From an uncultured Nitrospirales bacterium (GTDB taxonomy: Bacteria; Nitrospirota; Nitrospiria; Nitrospirales; NS-4): a stretch of DNA of 64,000 nt. The DNA is taken from assembly GCA_964384595.1 (NCBI GenBank), contig CAYLLY010000002.1:16248-80247 (forward strand). Direction: 5' to 3'. The position numbers were made by a program, and so were the translations under genes. The notes beneath the pieces were generated by a model. That model saw only the letters and a program-made list of their open reading frames with translations. It was not told where the DNA came from and ran no database searches. Positions 1 through 8,341 of the stretch are shown here, one piece after another. Numbering within the stretch: the first letter of the stretch is position 1; each line of letters begins with the position of its first letter.

Positions 1-800
1 GTCACCAGCGTGGTAAACCCCGTCGGCGCGGTCTCGAGGCCGAGGAGCCGCTTGGCCACATACAGGCCAGCCAGCGCGAACCCGGCGGCGCTCGTGCAGA
101 CGCCCGCCACAGTCATCAGGCGCAGCGGCTTATAGGAAAAACTGAAGATGCTGTCCAGCGCGAGGCGGACCAGCCGGCCGAAGCTCTGCTTGGGCGCGCC
201 GTTTGCGCGGTCCTGGCGGTCGTAATACACCGTGCGCTGGTCGAATCCGATCCAACCGCGCAGGCCGGGGACGTAGCGGTTCTTCTCCACCAGGCTGTTG
301 AGCTCCCGCAAGGCCAGACGGTCGAGCAGCCCGAAGATGCCGGTATGCGCGGGCATGCGGACGTCGCTCAACCAGTCGAAGAGCTTGTGGAAAGCCTCGA
401 AGCCCATGCGGCGCAGGCCGCGCTCCTGGCGGGAGCGGCGGACGGCGAGCACGACCTGGCCGCCGTCGCGCCAGCAGGCCAGCAGGTCCGGGATCACTTC
501 CGGCGGATCTTGCAGGTCACCGTCCATGGTAATTACGGCGTCGGCGTCCGCGTGGGCCAGCCCCGCCGAGATGGCCGGATGCTGCCCGAAATTGCGCGAG
601 AGCTGGACGAGGGCGAACCGGGGGTCCTTCTTGTTCTGCTCGAGGATGATCTTCACCGAATCGTCGCGGCTGGCGTCATCGACGTAGATGACCTGCCAGT
701 TGACGTTCTCGACGCGATCAAGGACCACGGTTAGTCTTCTGGACAGTTCAGGAAGGTTTTCCTGCTCGTTGTAGATCGGGATAACGACCGTGAGTTTCAC
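1..800 (-). CDS. GT2 polyprenyl-phosphate sugar transferase (ArnC/GtrB/DPM1-like); 3' end runs off the window
   Basis: Not in the ORF track because there is no stop inside the window. My translation from GTG 800-798 reads VKLTVVIPIYNEQENLPEL..VIYVDDASRDDS..LSRNFGQHPAISAGL..TMDGDLQDPPE, followed by a hydrophobic C-terminal part. This is the GT2 lipid-phosphate sugar transferase pattern. GTGA overlap with the upstream stop at 797. Confidence 0.85.
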   Translation of the reverse strand, partial: MKLTVVIPIYNEQENLPELSRRLTVVLDRVENVNWQVIYVDDASRDDSVKIILEQNKKDPRFALVQLSRNFGQHPAISAGLAHADADAVITMDGDLQDPPEVIPDLLACWRDGGQVVLAVRRSRQERGLRRMGFEAFHKLFDWLSDVRMPAHTGIFGLLDRLALRELNSLVEKNRYVPGLRGWIGFDQRTVYYDRQDRANGAPKQSFGRLVRLALDSIFSFSYKPLRLMTVAGVCTSAAGFALAGLYVAKRLLGLETAPTGFTTLV

Positions 801-1921
801 GCAGCGTTTGCCGTATAGAACTTTCTGATCGTTTCGACGACGTAGGCCTGCTGGTCGGCGGTCAGCTCGGCGTAGATGGGCAGCGCGAGCGTTTCCTCGG
901 CCGCCCGCTCCGCCTGCGGGAACGAGCCGCGGCGATAGCCGAGATCCTGGTAGCAGACCTGAAGGTGGAGGGGCGATGGATAGTAGATTTCAGTCCCCAC
1001 GCCCTGTTCTTGCAGGAATGTTCGGAGCCGATCCCGCCGAGGGGCACGGATCACGTACTGGTTATAGACGTGCCGGTTCTCGGCGATGACCGCAGGGAGG
1101 GTCACGCGATCGAGCAGATTGGCGTCCTTGAATAGCGACTCATAGCGCGCGGCGTTCCGCTGCCGCCCCTTTGTCCACTCCTCCAGGTACTTGAGCTTGA
1201 CGCGCAGCACCGCCGCCTGGAGCGCGTCCAGCCGGCTGTTCAGCCCGATCACTTCGTGGACGTATTTCACACGACTCCCGTGGACGCGCAGCATGCGGAC
1301 GCGGTCGGCCAGCGCCTGGTCGTTCGTGACGACCATGCCGCCGTCCCCGAACCCGCCCAGGTTCTTGGAAGGGAAAAAGCTGAAGCAGCCGGCCTGGCCG
1401 AGCGTGCCGGCCTTGCGGCCCCGCCATTCGGCCCCGATCGCCTGGGCCGCGTCTTCGATCACCGGCACCTTGCGTGCAGCCGCCAGCCGCAGGATGGGCT
1501 CCATCTCCGCGCACTGGCCGTACAGGTGGACCGGCATGACGGCCTTGGTCTTCGCCGTGACGGCCGCCTCAAGGAGCACCGGATCCATATTGTAGGTGTC
1601 CGGCTTGATGTCCACGAACCGCGGCCTGGCGCCCAGCCGGGAAATCGAGCCGGCGGTGGCGAAGAACGTGTACGGCACCGTCACCACCTCGTCGCCGGGC
1701 CCCACCCCGCACGCCATGAGCGACAACAAGATCGCATCGGTGCCGGACGCCACACCGACGGCATGGCCCGCGCCGACATAGCCCTGAATGTCTTTTTCCA
1801 GGTCGGCCACGCGCGAGCCCAGAATGAACGCCTGGTCGTCGCACACCGACTCCAACGCGGCCATGATCTCCGCGCGGATCGGCCGGTATTGCGCTTTCAA
1901 ATCCAGTAACGGGACCTTCAC
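797..1921 (-). CDS. DegT/DnrJ/EryC1-family PLP sugar aminotransferase (ArnB-like)
   Basis: 374-aa ORF with family motifs GSRVADLE, HLYGQ, IEDAAQAIG and FSFFPSKNLG (PLP lysine). GTG start at 1921 overlaps the upstream stop (GTGA). Confidence 0.9.
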   Translation of the reverse strand: MKVPLLDLKAQYRPIRAEIMAALESVCDDQAFILGSRVADLEKDIQGYVGAGHAVGVASGTDAILLSLMACGVGPGDEVVTVPYTFFATAGSISRLGARPRFVDIKPDTYNMDPVLLEAAVTAKTKAVMPVHLYGQCAEMEPILRLAAARKVPVIEDAAQAIGAEWRGRKAGTLGQAGCFSFFPSKNLGGFGDGGMVVTNDQALADRVRMLRVHGSRVKYVHEVIGLNSRLDALQAAVLRVKLKYLEEWTKGRQRNAARYESLFKDANLLDRVTLPAVIAENRHVYNQYVIRAPRRDRLRTFLQEQGVGTEIYYPSPLHLQVCYQDLGYRRGSFPQAERAAEETLALPIYAELTADQQAYVVETIRKFYTANAA

Positions 1922-3081
1922 GCGACCCTCCTGTCGGAATCGGCCAACAGCTTATCATAAAGCTGCTGGTATCGCCGCACCATCTCATGGATTTCGAACT
2001 CGTCCGGCAGATCGCCCCCGCCGCGGCCCGGCGCGCCGTTCCCGCCGGCCTTCAGGACTTCGCACAGGCGCTCGGCCAGACCGTCAAGATCGCCGGCCTC
2101 GCACAGCCGGCCATGGCGCCCGTCCGCAATCGCTTCGGCGGCGCCCCCGACCCGCGTGGCGACGACCGGCACCCGCGCCGCCCGCGCCTCCAGCCATACC
2201 CGCGCCAGGCCCTCCCAGTGAGAGGTCAGCAGAAACGCGTCGAGCGCGCGCATCACGACCGGCACGTCGCGTCGCCAGCCTACGAGCCGGACGCGTTCCC
2301 CGAGCCCGGCGGATCGGATGTCCTCGTCGACCTCCGCGCGCAGTTCCCCGTCGCCGATCAGCACGAAGCGGGCCGCCGGCAGCCGCGCGCAGACGCGGGC
2401 CGCCACCGCCACAAAGTCATGCGGGGCCTTTTGCGGTTTCAGGCAGGCCACCATACCGACCAACTGGTCCCCCGGCTCCGCGCCCAACTCCGCGCGCGCC
2501 CGGTCCCGCTCCTGCGTCGGGAGCGGCGCCTGGAACGGCCGCGGATCAATCCCGGGACGGATCACGGCGGCCCGTTGCCGGTCGAAGAGCCCCCAGCGCA
2601 GCCCCTCCTCGATGTTGGCGTCCGCCACCGCGATCCAATACGTGGTAATGAGACCCGTGACCCGCTCCAGGCCGATCAACAGGGCGCGCAGCCACGCCGG
2701 CTGACTCGGCGTGATCCCGAATCCATGGACGGTGTGGACGATGACCGGCACGCCGGCGAGCCAGGCCGCCCAGCGGCCCAGGATCCCCGCTTTGGAGCTG
2801 TGCGTGTGGACGATCTGCGGCCGGTGGCGCCGGAGCGCACGGAGCAGTTCGACCAGCGCGCGGAGATCGCGCCAGGGCCGGATCGGCCGGCCCAGGGACG
2901 GGATGATCTCGACGTCGACTCCCGGCAAGGCCTGCGCCTCTTCCGTCAGCAGACCGCCGGGACCGGTCAGGAGAACCGGGCGGTACTTCACCCGGTCCAG
3001 GTTCGCGACCGTGAAGAGCGCCACTTCCTGGGCGCCCCCCAGCTCCAGCATGGTGATGATGGTGCAGACCGTCGCCGTCAT
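1918..3081 (-). CDS. GT4-family (GT-B) glycosyltransferase
   Basis: 387-aa ORF with N-terminal ELGGAQ, HTHSSKAG and C-terminal LLTSHWEGLARVWLEARAARVPVVAT (E-x7-E region). ATGA overlap at 3078-3081. Confidence 0.85.
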   Translation of the reverse strand: MTATVCTIITMLELGGAQEVALFTVANLDRVKYRPVLLTGPGGLLTEEAQALPGVDVEIIPSLGRPIRPWRDLRALVELLRALRRHRPQIVHTHSSKAGILGRWAAWLAGVPVIVHTVHGFGITPSQPAWLRALLIGLERVTGLITTYWIAVADANIEEGLRWGLFDRQRAAVIRPGIDPRPFQAPLPTQERDRARAELGAEPGDQLVGMVACLKPQKAPHDFVAVAARVCARLPAARFVLIGDGELRAEVDEDIRSAGLGERVRLVGWRRDVPVVMRALDAFLLTSHWEGLARVWLEARAARVPVVATRVGGAAEAIADGRHGRLCEAGDLDGLAERLCEVLKAGGNGAPGRGGGDLPDEFEIHEMVRRYQQLYDKLLADSDRRVA

Positions 3082-4370
3082 CCCGCCGCCCGCAATTTCT
3101 CCGCGAGTGTCTTGCCCTGAGCCATGGCATCCTCCATCGAGGTATGCTCCCAGCGCCCGTACCGGCCGATCGAATGGATGCCGCAGCGCTCCAGCTCGCC
3201 GAGGATGGCCGGAAGGGCGCGCGCCCGGTGCTTGTCGAACAGGACGTACGCGTACCGGATATCGCGCACGTCGGCCACCACGATCTCATCCGCCGGCCGG
3301 AAAATGCCCGCCCGCTCCAGGCCCGCGCGGATCCGCCTGAGCAGCTCGGCCGGGGGAATGATCTCCGACGGCTGGTGCGACACCTCGACGTACAGGGAGC
3401 TGCACCCCGGACGCCCCAAGGCCGGCGAGAAGTTCATCGGAAACCCGGCGCGGTAGAAGGGATACTCCGGCTCCGGGAAATAAATCCAGTGATGATTGGA
3501 GACGCGCTCCCTTGCCACGCCAAGGTTGACGTTGTAGACCGACACGCACCGCAGGCCGGCCGCGGCATCGCGGATCGCCTGCGGAAGATCCGTGCAGCAG
3601 CGGACCAGTTCGGGCACTGGGATCGTCGAGACGAGGGTCTCATAGTCCTCCACCCGCCCGTCCTGGAACAGGGCCCGGTGGCGCTGAGTGTCCACCTCGA
3701 CCAGTTCGCTGCCATAGACAATCTCCCGCAGGCCCGGCAGGAACGCCTGCGGCAAGACGCCGATCCCGCCCTGCGACGGATAGAGAAACGAGGGGTTGTA
3801 GCCGAACGCCTTGTCCTTGATGCCCAGCGCGCCGTTGATCACGTCCTTGAGCTCCGGCTTGGGCACCAGCCAGGACACCCAGTCCGAGGTCAATTCGTCC
3901 AGCGGGACCTGCCACAGCTTCTCGTTGAACGGCACCATAAAGTGCCTGGCCAGCCCCTCGCCGAGGTTCTCCAGAATCCAGGCCTTGAAAGACCGGTCCT
4001 CCGGCCGGGTCGAAGCCGGGTTCGTCAGCGTGGCGATGAAGCCCAGCAGGCACTCGCGCACCACCTCCGGAGGCAGCCCATAGGTGTTCACCTGGAACGG
4101 GTACTCCGTATACGTCCGGTGGGAGTAGATGAAGGAGCGCCGGCTGTGCTTCTCCAGCCGGCCGGCCAGCAGGCGCTCCACCAGGGCCTTGATCTCGGCC
4201 TGGCGGAAGTGCAGCAGATGCCCGGTCATGTCGAAGGTGAACCCGTCCATCCGATAGGACCGGCAGAGCCCGCCCGCCTCCTTTTCCTTCTCCAGCACGC
4301 GATAGGGCCGGTCGCCCAGATGGTAGGCCGTGCTGAGCCCGGCCAGGCCCGCCCCCACGATGACGATCAT
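3078..4370 (-). CDS. FAD/NAD(P)-binding oxidoreductase, UDP-galactopyranose-mutase/amine-oxidase-like
   Basis: Track ORF 3078..4817 trimmed to ATG 4370 (ATGA overlap with the upstream stop at 4367). Starts MIVIVGAGLAGLSTAY..LEKEKEAGG (GxGxxG dinucleotide fold). C-terminal IGRYGRWEHTSMEDA resembles the Glf-type tail. The reaction is not assignable from sequence. Confidence 0.65.
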   Translation of the reverse strand: MIVIVGAGLAGLSTAYHLGDRPYRVLEKEKEAGGLCRSYRMDGFTFDMTGHLLHFRQAEIKALVERLLAGRLEKHSRRSFIYSHRTYTEYPFQVNTYGLPPEVVRECLLGFIATLTNPASTRPEDRSFKAWILENLGEGLARHFMVPFNEKLWQVPLDELTSDWVSWLVPKPELKDVINGALGIKDKAFGYNPSFLYPSQGGIGVLPQAFLPGLREIVYGSELVEVDTQRHRALFQDGRVEDYETLVSTIPVPELVRCCTDLPQAIRDAAAGLRCVSVYNVNLGVARERVSNHHWIYFPEPEYPFYRAGFPMNFSPALGRPGCSSLYVEVSHQPSEIIPPAELLRRIRAGLERAGIFRPADEIVVADVRDIRYAYVLFDKHRARALPAILGELERCGIHSIGRYGRWEHTSMEDAMAQGKTLAEKLRAAG

Positions 4371-5398
4371 GGCGTCCTCTCCTGCAGGAGCGCGTCTTCC
4401 GCCGGCTTGGACATGTCCACACGCTTGAGCAACAACGCCGCGACGAGCGCCAGGACCGCAGTCGCCCCGATGAGTCCGGCAGCCACGCCGAGCGACACGA
4501 ACATCGAGAGCACGCCGACGCCGCCCAGGAGCAGCGCGGCCGCGTAGCTGATGACCACCACCTGCGGCACCGACAGGGACCACCGTCGCATGCGAAGCGC
4601 GAAATGGTCCGGGCTGCCCCAAAAGACCGGCGCCCCCCGCATCCAGCGGACGTACATCACGAACAGCGTGTCGAACACCGGCACGCCGAGAATGAGGACC
4701 GGTGCCAGCACGGCGACGTGGTTGACCATCGTGTACTTGCCGATCATCGCCAGGGAGCCCAGCATGAGCCCCACGAACAGGGACCCGGCGTCGCCCAGGT
4801 AGATCGAGGCCGGGCAAAAGTTATACCGGAGAAATCCGACGAGACTGCCGGCCAGCGCCGCCAGCATCACGGCGACCATCGTGTCCTGATTCACCACCGC
4901 CACGATGAAGAGCCAGAGGCAGGCGATCACGCCGACCCCGCCGGCCAGCCCGTCCATCACGTCGATGATGTTGAAGGCATTGATGATGCCGATCATCCAG
5001 ACGACCGTCAGGAGGAGGTCGAGCCAGTCCGGCAGCGCCGCGATCTCGATGCGGATCCCGCTCCGGATCAGGACAAAAACCGCAATGAGCTGACCGATCA
5101 GCTTGGGCCCCGGCGTGAGCACGCCGAAGTCGTCGATCAGGCCCATCATGACCATGAGGGTCCCGGCGAGGACGACTCCCAAGACGTCCTGCCTGAACTC
5201 GACGGTCAGCGCCAAGCTGACAAGGAACGCCAGATACACCGCGAGCCCGCCGAAGTACGGGACCGGTTCGGCTTGGCGCTTGAGCCGCCCGTCCGGCCGA
5301 TCCACGACGTTAAACCGCAGAGCGGCCCGGCGCGCCAGGGGCACCCCGTAGAGAGCCAGCAGCAGCGCGAGGATGAAGATCAGGAGATACAGGAACAT
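4367..5398 (-). CDS. WecA/MraY-family polyprenyl-phosphate hexosamine-1-phosphate transferase (initiating enzyme)
   Basis: 343-aa polytopic ORF with motifs GLIDDF, NAFNIIDVMDGLAGG and IYLGDAGSLFVG. Confidence 0.88.
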   Translation of the reverse strand: MFLYLLIFILALLLALYGVPLARRAALRFNVVDRPDGRLKRQAEPVPYFGGLAVYLAFLVSLALTVEFRQDVLGVVLAGTLMVMMGLIDDFGVLTPGPKLIGQLIAVFVLIRSGIRIEIAALPDWLDLLLTVVWMIGIINAFNIIDVMDGLAGGVGVIACLWLFIVAVVNQDTMVAVMLAALAGSLVGFLRYNFCPASIYLGDAGSLFVGLMLGSLAMIGKYTMVNHVAVLAPVLILGVPVFDTLFVMYVRWMRGAPVFWGSPDHFALRMRRWSLSVPQVVVISYAAALLLGGVGVLSMFVSLGVAAGLIGATAVLALVAALLLKRVDMSKPAEDALLQERTP

Positions 5399-5401
5399 TG
5401 C

Positions 5402-6007
5402 TTACCCTTCGATGGTCGACCAGACGGTCTTGATGGCCTCGTAGACAAACGTCTTGGCATCCTTCCGGCGCGTCCACCAGCCGTCGGGGTTGAAATAGCC
5501 GTCGTCCACGGGGGAGGCGAGAAAGCGTGGGCCCGAGGGACCGGCGGCTTTCACAAAGATCCGCTTCGCGCGGCCGGTATGGTAACTGGATGTCACGAGA
5601 ATCGTTTCTTTCACGCCTCTGCGCTGCAGAACCGTCACGATCACACCGGCTTCTTCTCTTGTGGACTCGGAGTCATGTTTCACCGCCAGGATGTGGTCGG
5701 CGGGGACGCCGAGAAATTCGGTGTGCCGCTGCATGATATCCGCTTCATGCGTCCTGAACCCCACCGGCGTGCCGCTGAGCACCAGCAACGGCGCCAAGCC
5801 ACGCTTGTACAGGCTCGCCGCGTGCCGCACGCGATCGCCTTCCCGCGTGTCTCCGGCCAGCACCAGAATCGCATCGGCTGGGTGGAGCGGGTCCTCCACG
5901 ATCAGCGCCCGCCCCGCCGCATCCAGACCAAACGCGGCCGCCGCCGCCAGCACGAGGAGGATCACGGTGACCCAGAGCAGCCGCCGCCCTTCCCGCGCGC
6001 GGCTCAC
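5402..6007 (-). CDS. DUF218 / YdcF-SanA-like membrane-anchored protein
   Basis: Track ORF 5402..6109 trimmed to GTG 6007 (GTGA overlap with the stop at 6004). One N-terminal TM helix, then ILVLAGDT..LLVLSG..VTSSYHTGRA. Confidence 0.7.
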   Translation of the reverse strand: MSRAREGRRLLWVTVILLVLAAAAAFGLDAAGRALIVEDPLHPADAILVLAGDTREGDRVRHAASLYKRGLAPLLVLSGTPVGFRTHEADIMQRHTEFLGVPADHILAVKHDSESTREEAGVIVTVLQRRGVKETILVTSSYHTGRAKRIFVKAAGPSGPRFLASPVDDGYFNPDGWWTRRKDAKTFVYEAIKTVWSTIEG

Positions 6008-7137
6008 GCGCTCACCCTCGCATAGAGCGAATCGAGATACGCGAGGTACCGCTCTTCCAAATGCTGCTCCATCACCCGCCGACGGGCGGATTGCCCCAAG
6101 CGCTCGCACCGCTGCGGGTCCTTCAACAGCTGGATTACCGCGCTGGCGATGACGTCCGGATTCGGCTTGACCCGGATCCCTGTCGTCTCGTCTACCAGCT
6201 TCCAGGTCAGCCCGACGTCCGTCGCGACCGCCGCCACCCCGCAGGCCATGGCCTCAAGCAGACTCTGGGACGGGTAATTGTCCTGCCGCTGCAGGGACAC
6301 GAAGACGCGCGCCGGACCGAAGATCGGCGCAAGGTCCGAGAGAAAGCCGGTTGTGACCGCGGCCCGCACGCCTGATCGCTCCACCGCCTGCTCAACCGCT
6401 GGTCCGAGCGGCCCTTCCCCCAGAAGAAAAATTCGAGCAGTCGGAACCGCGCGAAGGATGGCGGGGACCGCTTCGACGAAAAGCAGCGGGTTCTTCTCCT
6501 CAACCAAGCGGCCCGCAAACACAACCCATGGCTGCTTCTTCGACGCGGACTGGAACCGGTCCACGTCAATGGCGCTGCCGGGCGACACCAGAATCTTCCC
6601 GGCGTCGATCCCCCGCCTGATCGCATCTGCGCGCGCGGCCTCGCTCAGGGCATCGACGACCGTCGCGCGTCTGAGGGCATACCGGTACACCGGCAGAGCC
6701 CGGGGCGCGCCGACCAGCAGCGCCAGATCGGCGCTCACGACCGAGATCACGATCCGATGATCCGGGCGCAGCAGCATGAGGGGCAGCGCGACATACGCGC
6801 CGCCCAGCACCAGGTGTAACACACGCCGACGAGCCAGGCCGTAGCGCGCCAGCAGCAGGGCGCAGAACAGGAGATAGTCCAGCTTGCGCAGCCAGAACGC
6901 GGGCGCGCCGCGCAGCCCGACTCCCTCCGCCAGCCGTCCGCAGGGCTCGGCGAACCGCCGTACGCGCCGTTCGCCTCCGGTCACGACGCCGGCGGCCAGC
7001 AGCTTCTCCCAAAGCCCGGCATTAACCACCAGCAGCGTATCGGGGTCTTGCTTGGTCATGTGCGAGAAAAGTCGGCCCAGCCGTCTCTCCGCCCCGCCGA
7101 TGCCGCTGTTGTTGATCAGGACAAGGACGCGTCGCAT
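6004..7137 (-). CDS. GT4-family (GT-B) glycosyltransferase
   Basis: 377-aa ORF with N-terminal NNSGIGGAERR and C-terminal FVSLQRQDNYPSQSLLEAMACGVAAVATDVG. Confidence 0.85.
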   Translation of the reverse strand: MRRVLVLINNSGIGGAERRLGRLFSHMTKQDPDTLLVVNAGLWEKLLAAGVVTGGERRVRRFAEPCGRLAEGVGLRGAPAFWLRKLDYLLFCALLLARYGLARRRVLHLVLGGAYVALPLMLLRPDHRIVISVVSADLALLVGAPRALPVYRYALRRATVVDALSEAARADAIRRGIDAGKILVSPGSAIDVDRFQSASKKQPWVVFAGRLVEEKNPLLFVEAVPAILRAVPTARIFLLGEGPLGPAVEQAVERSGVRAAVTTGFLSDLAPIFGPARVFVSLQRQDNYPSQSLLEAMACGVAAVATDVGLTWKLVDETTGIRVKPNPDVIASAVIQLLKDPQRCERLGQSARRRVMEQHLEERYLAYLDSLYARVSA

Positions 7138-7138
7138 T

Positions 7139-8341
7139 TCACGCTACTTTCTGCAGGCTGGAGCCCTTTCGCTCGCGAGCGCAGGCGAGCCAGACCTTCT
7201 CAAGCGCGAACGCTCCGAAGAGGAGGAGCGCCGGCTCGATCGGCGCTCGGAACCGGGTCGAGCCGTACAAGATCAGCGCCATGAGGCAGAAGTTCAGAAT
7301 CCAAAAGAACAGCAGCCACGGCGTCTGAGGCATTTTCAAGGACAGGGCCATCCCCCCCACGAAGAAGGGCAGCAACACTCCATAGGAGCAGAAACTAATG
7401 AGCGTATCCCGGAACGTCGTCCGGGAGGATGTGGGAACAATGCTCCAGAAACGGTGGAGCTTGTGAAACTCGAGCCGCACCAGCTCCAGCGGCTCGTGGA
7501 TCACGGTGCGCCGGATGAAGGCCAGATACTCGGAGCGGTAGTCTTCCCCGCCTTGCGGCTGAATCCAGCCGCCGATCTTGTCGGGGTCCTGGAGGATCTG
7601 CCGGTTGTTCGCAGCGTACAGGGCCGCCCAATGGTGATCAGCGATGAGAATGAAAGAGTGCCTGACCAGATAGTTCCGCACCGTCCACGGTAGGATGGGC
7701 ACGAGCATCCAGCACGCCAGCGCGGCGGCGATCACCGCCGCCCGCCGCCTGGTCCCCATCTCCACCCAGAGCCAGCAGAAGAGCAAGACAGGCAGGAACA
7801 GAGTCGCCGGGCGCGTGAGGTTCATCACCCCCAGCAGCAGCCCGGCGACGGCCACCCACCGCCACGAGGAGTCCTCGCGGAACCTGACCAGCGCATAGAG
7901 GAACACCGTCGAGAGAAACACAAACAGCGTTTCGGACAGGACGAAGCCCGTATAGACGATGAGAAACGGATAGACGGCGGCGATCGCCCCCGCGATCACG
8001 CCGACTCGCCTCGTGAAGAGACGTTCCCCGATGAGCAGGATCATGACACAGGTAGCCGCGTCGAGGATCGATTGGAGAATCTTCACGACAGCGATACTGT
8101 GCCCAAAGAGCGCGTACACGGCGGCTAGGAACAGGGGGTAGCCCGGTGGGCGATAGGTGTCAGGGCTCTGATTCTGGGCGTAGCCGGATCCCTCCGCGAG
8201 CGACAGCCCAAGGGCGTCGTACTCCTTCCCGTCGGGAAAGAGCTCGAGACCACTGTTCTCCAGCCCCATCACGAAGATATTGAACAGCAGCCGCACGAGC
8301 AGGGCGACCGCGAACAGCGCGAGAGGCATCCTCACCCGCAT
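7139..8341 (-). CDS. GT-C membrane glycosyltransferase, ArnT/PMT_2 (COG1807)-like
   Basis: Only the last ~400 codons of the 917-aa track ORF look coding. ATG 8341 (alt 8329) abuts the stop of the AsnB gene at 8332. Many TM helices; first loop is PDGKEYDALGLSLAEGSGY..YRPPGYPLFLAAVYALFG, typical of lipid-linked-sugar GT-C enzymes. Confidence 0.75.
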   Translation of the reverse strand: MRVRMPLALFAVALLVRLLFNIFVMGLENSGLELFPDGKEYDALGLSLAEGSGYAQNQSPDTYRPPGYPLFLAAVYALFGHSIAVVKILQSILDAATCVMILLIGERLFTRRVGVIAGAIAAVYPFLIVYTGFVLSETLFVFLSTVFLYALVRFREDSSWRWVAVAGLLLGVMNLTRPATLFLPVLLFCWLWVEMGTRRRAAVIAAALACWMLVPILPWTVRNYLVRHSFILIADHHWAALYAANNRQILQDPDKIGGWIQPQGGEDYRSEYLAFIRRTVIHEPLELVRLEFHKLHRFWSIVPTSSRTTFRDTLISFCSYGVLLPFFVGGMALSLKMPQTPWLLFFWILNFCLMALILYGSTRFRAPIEPALLLFGAFALEKVWLACARERKGSSLQKVA

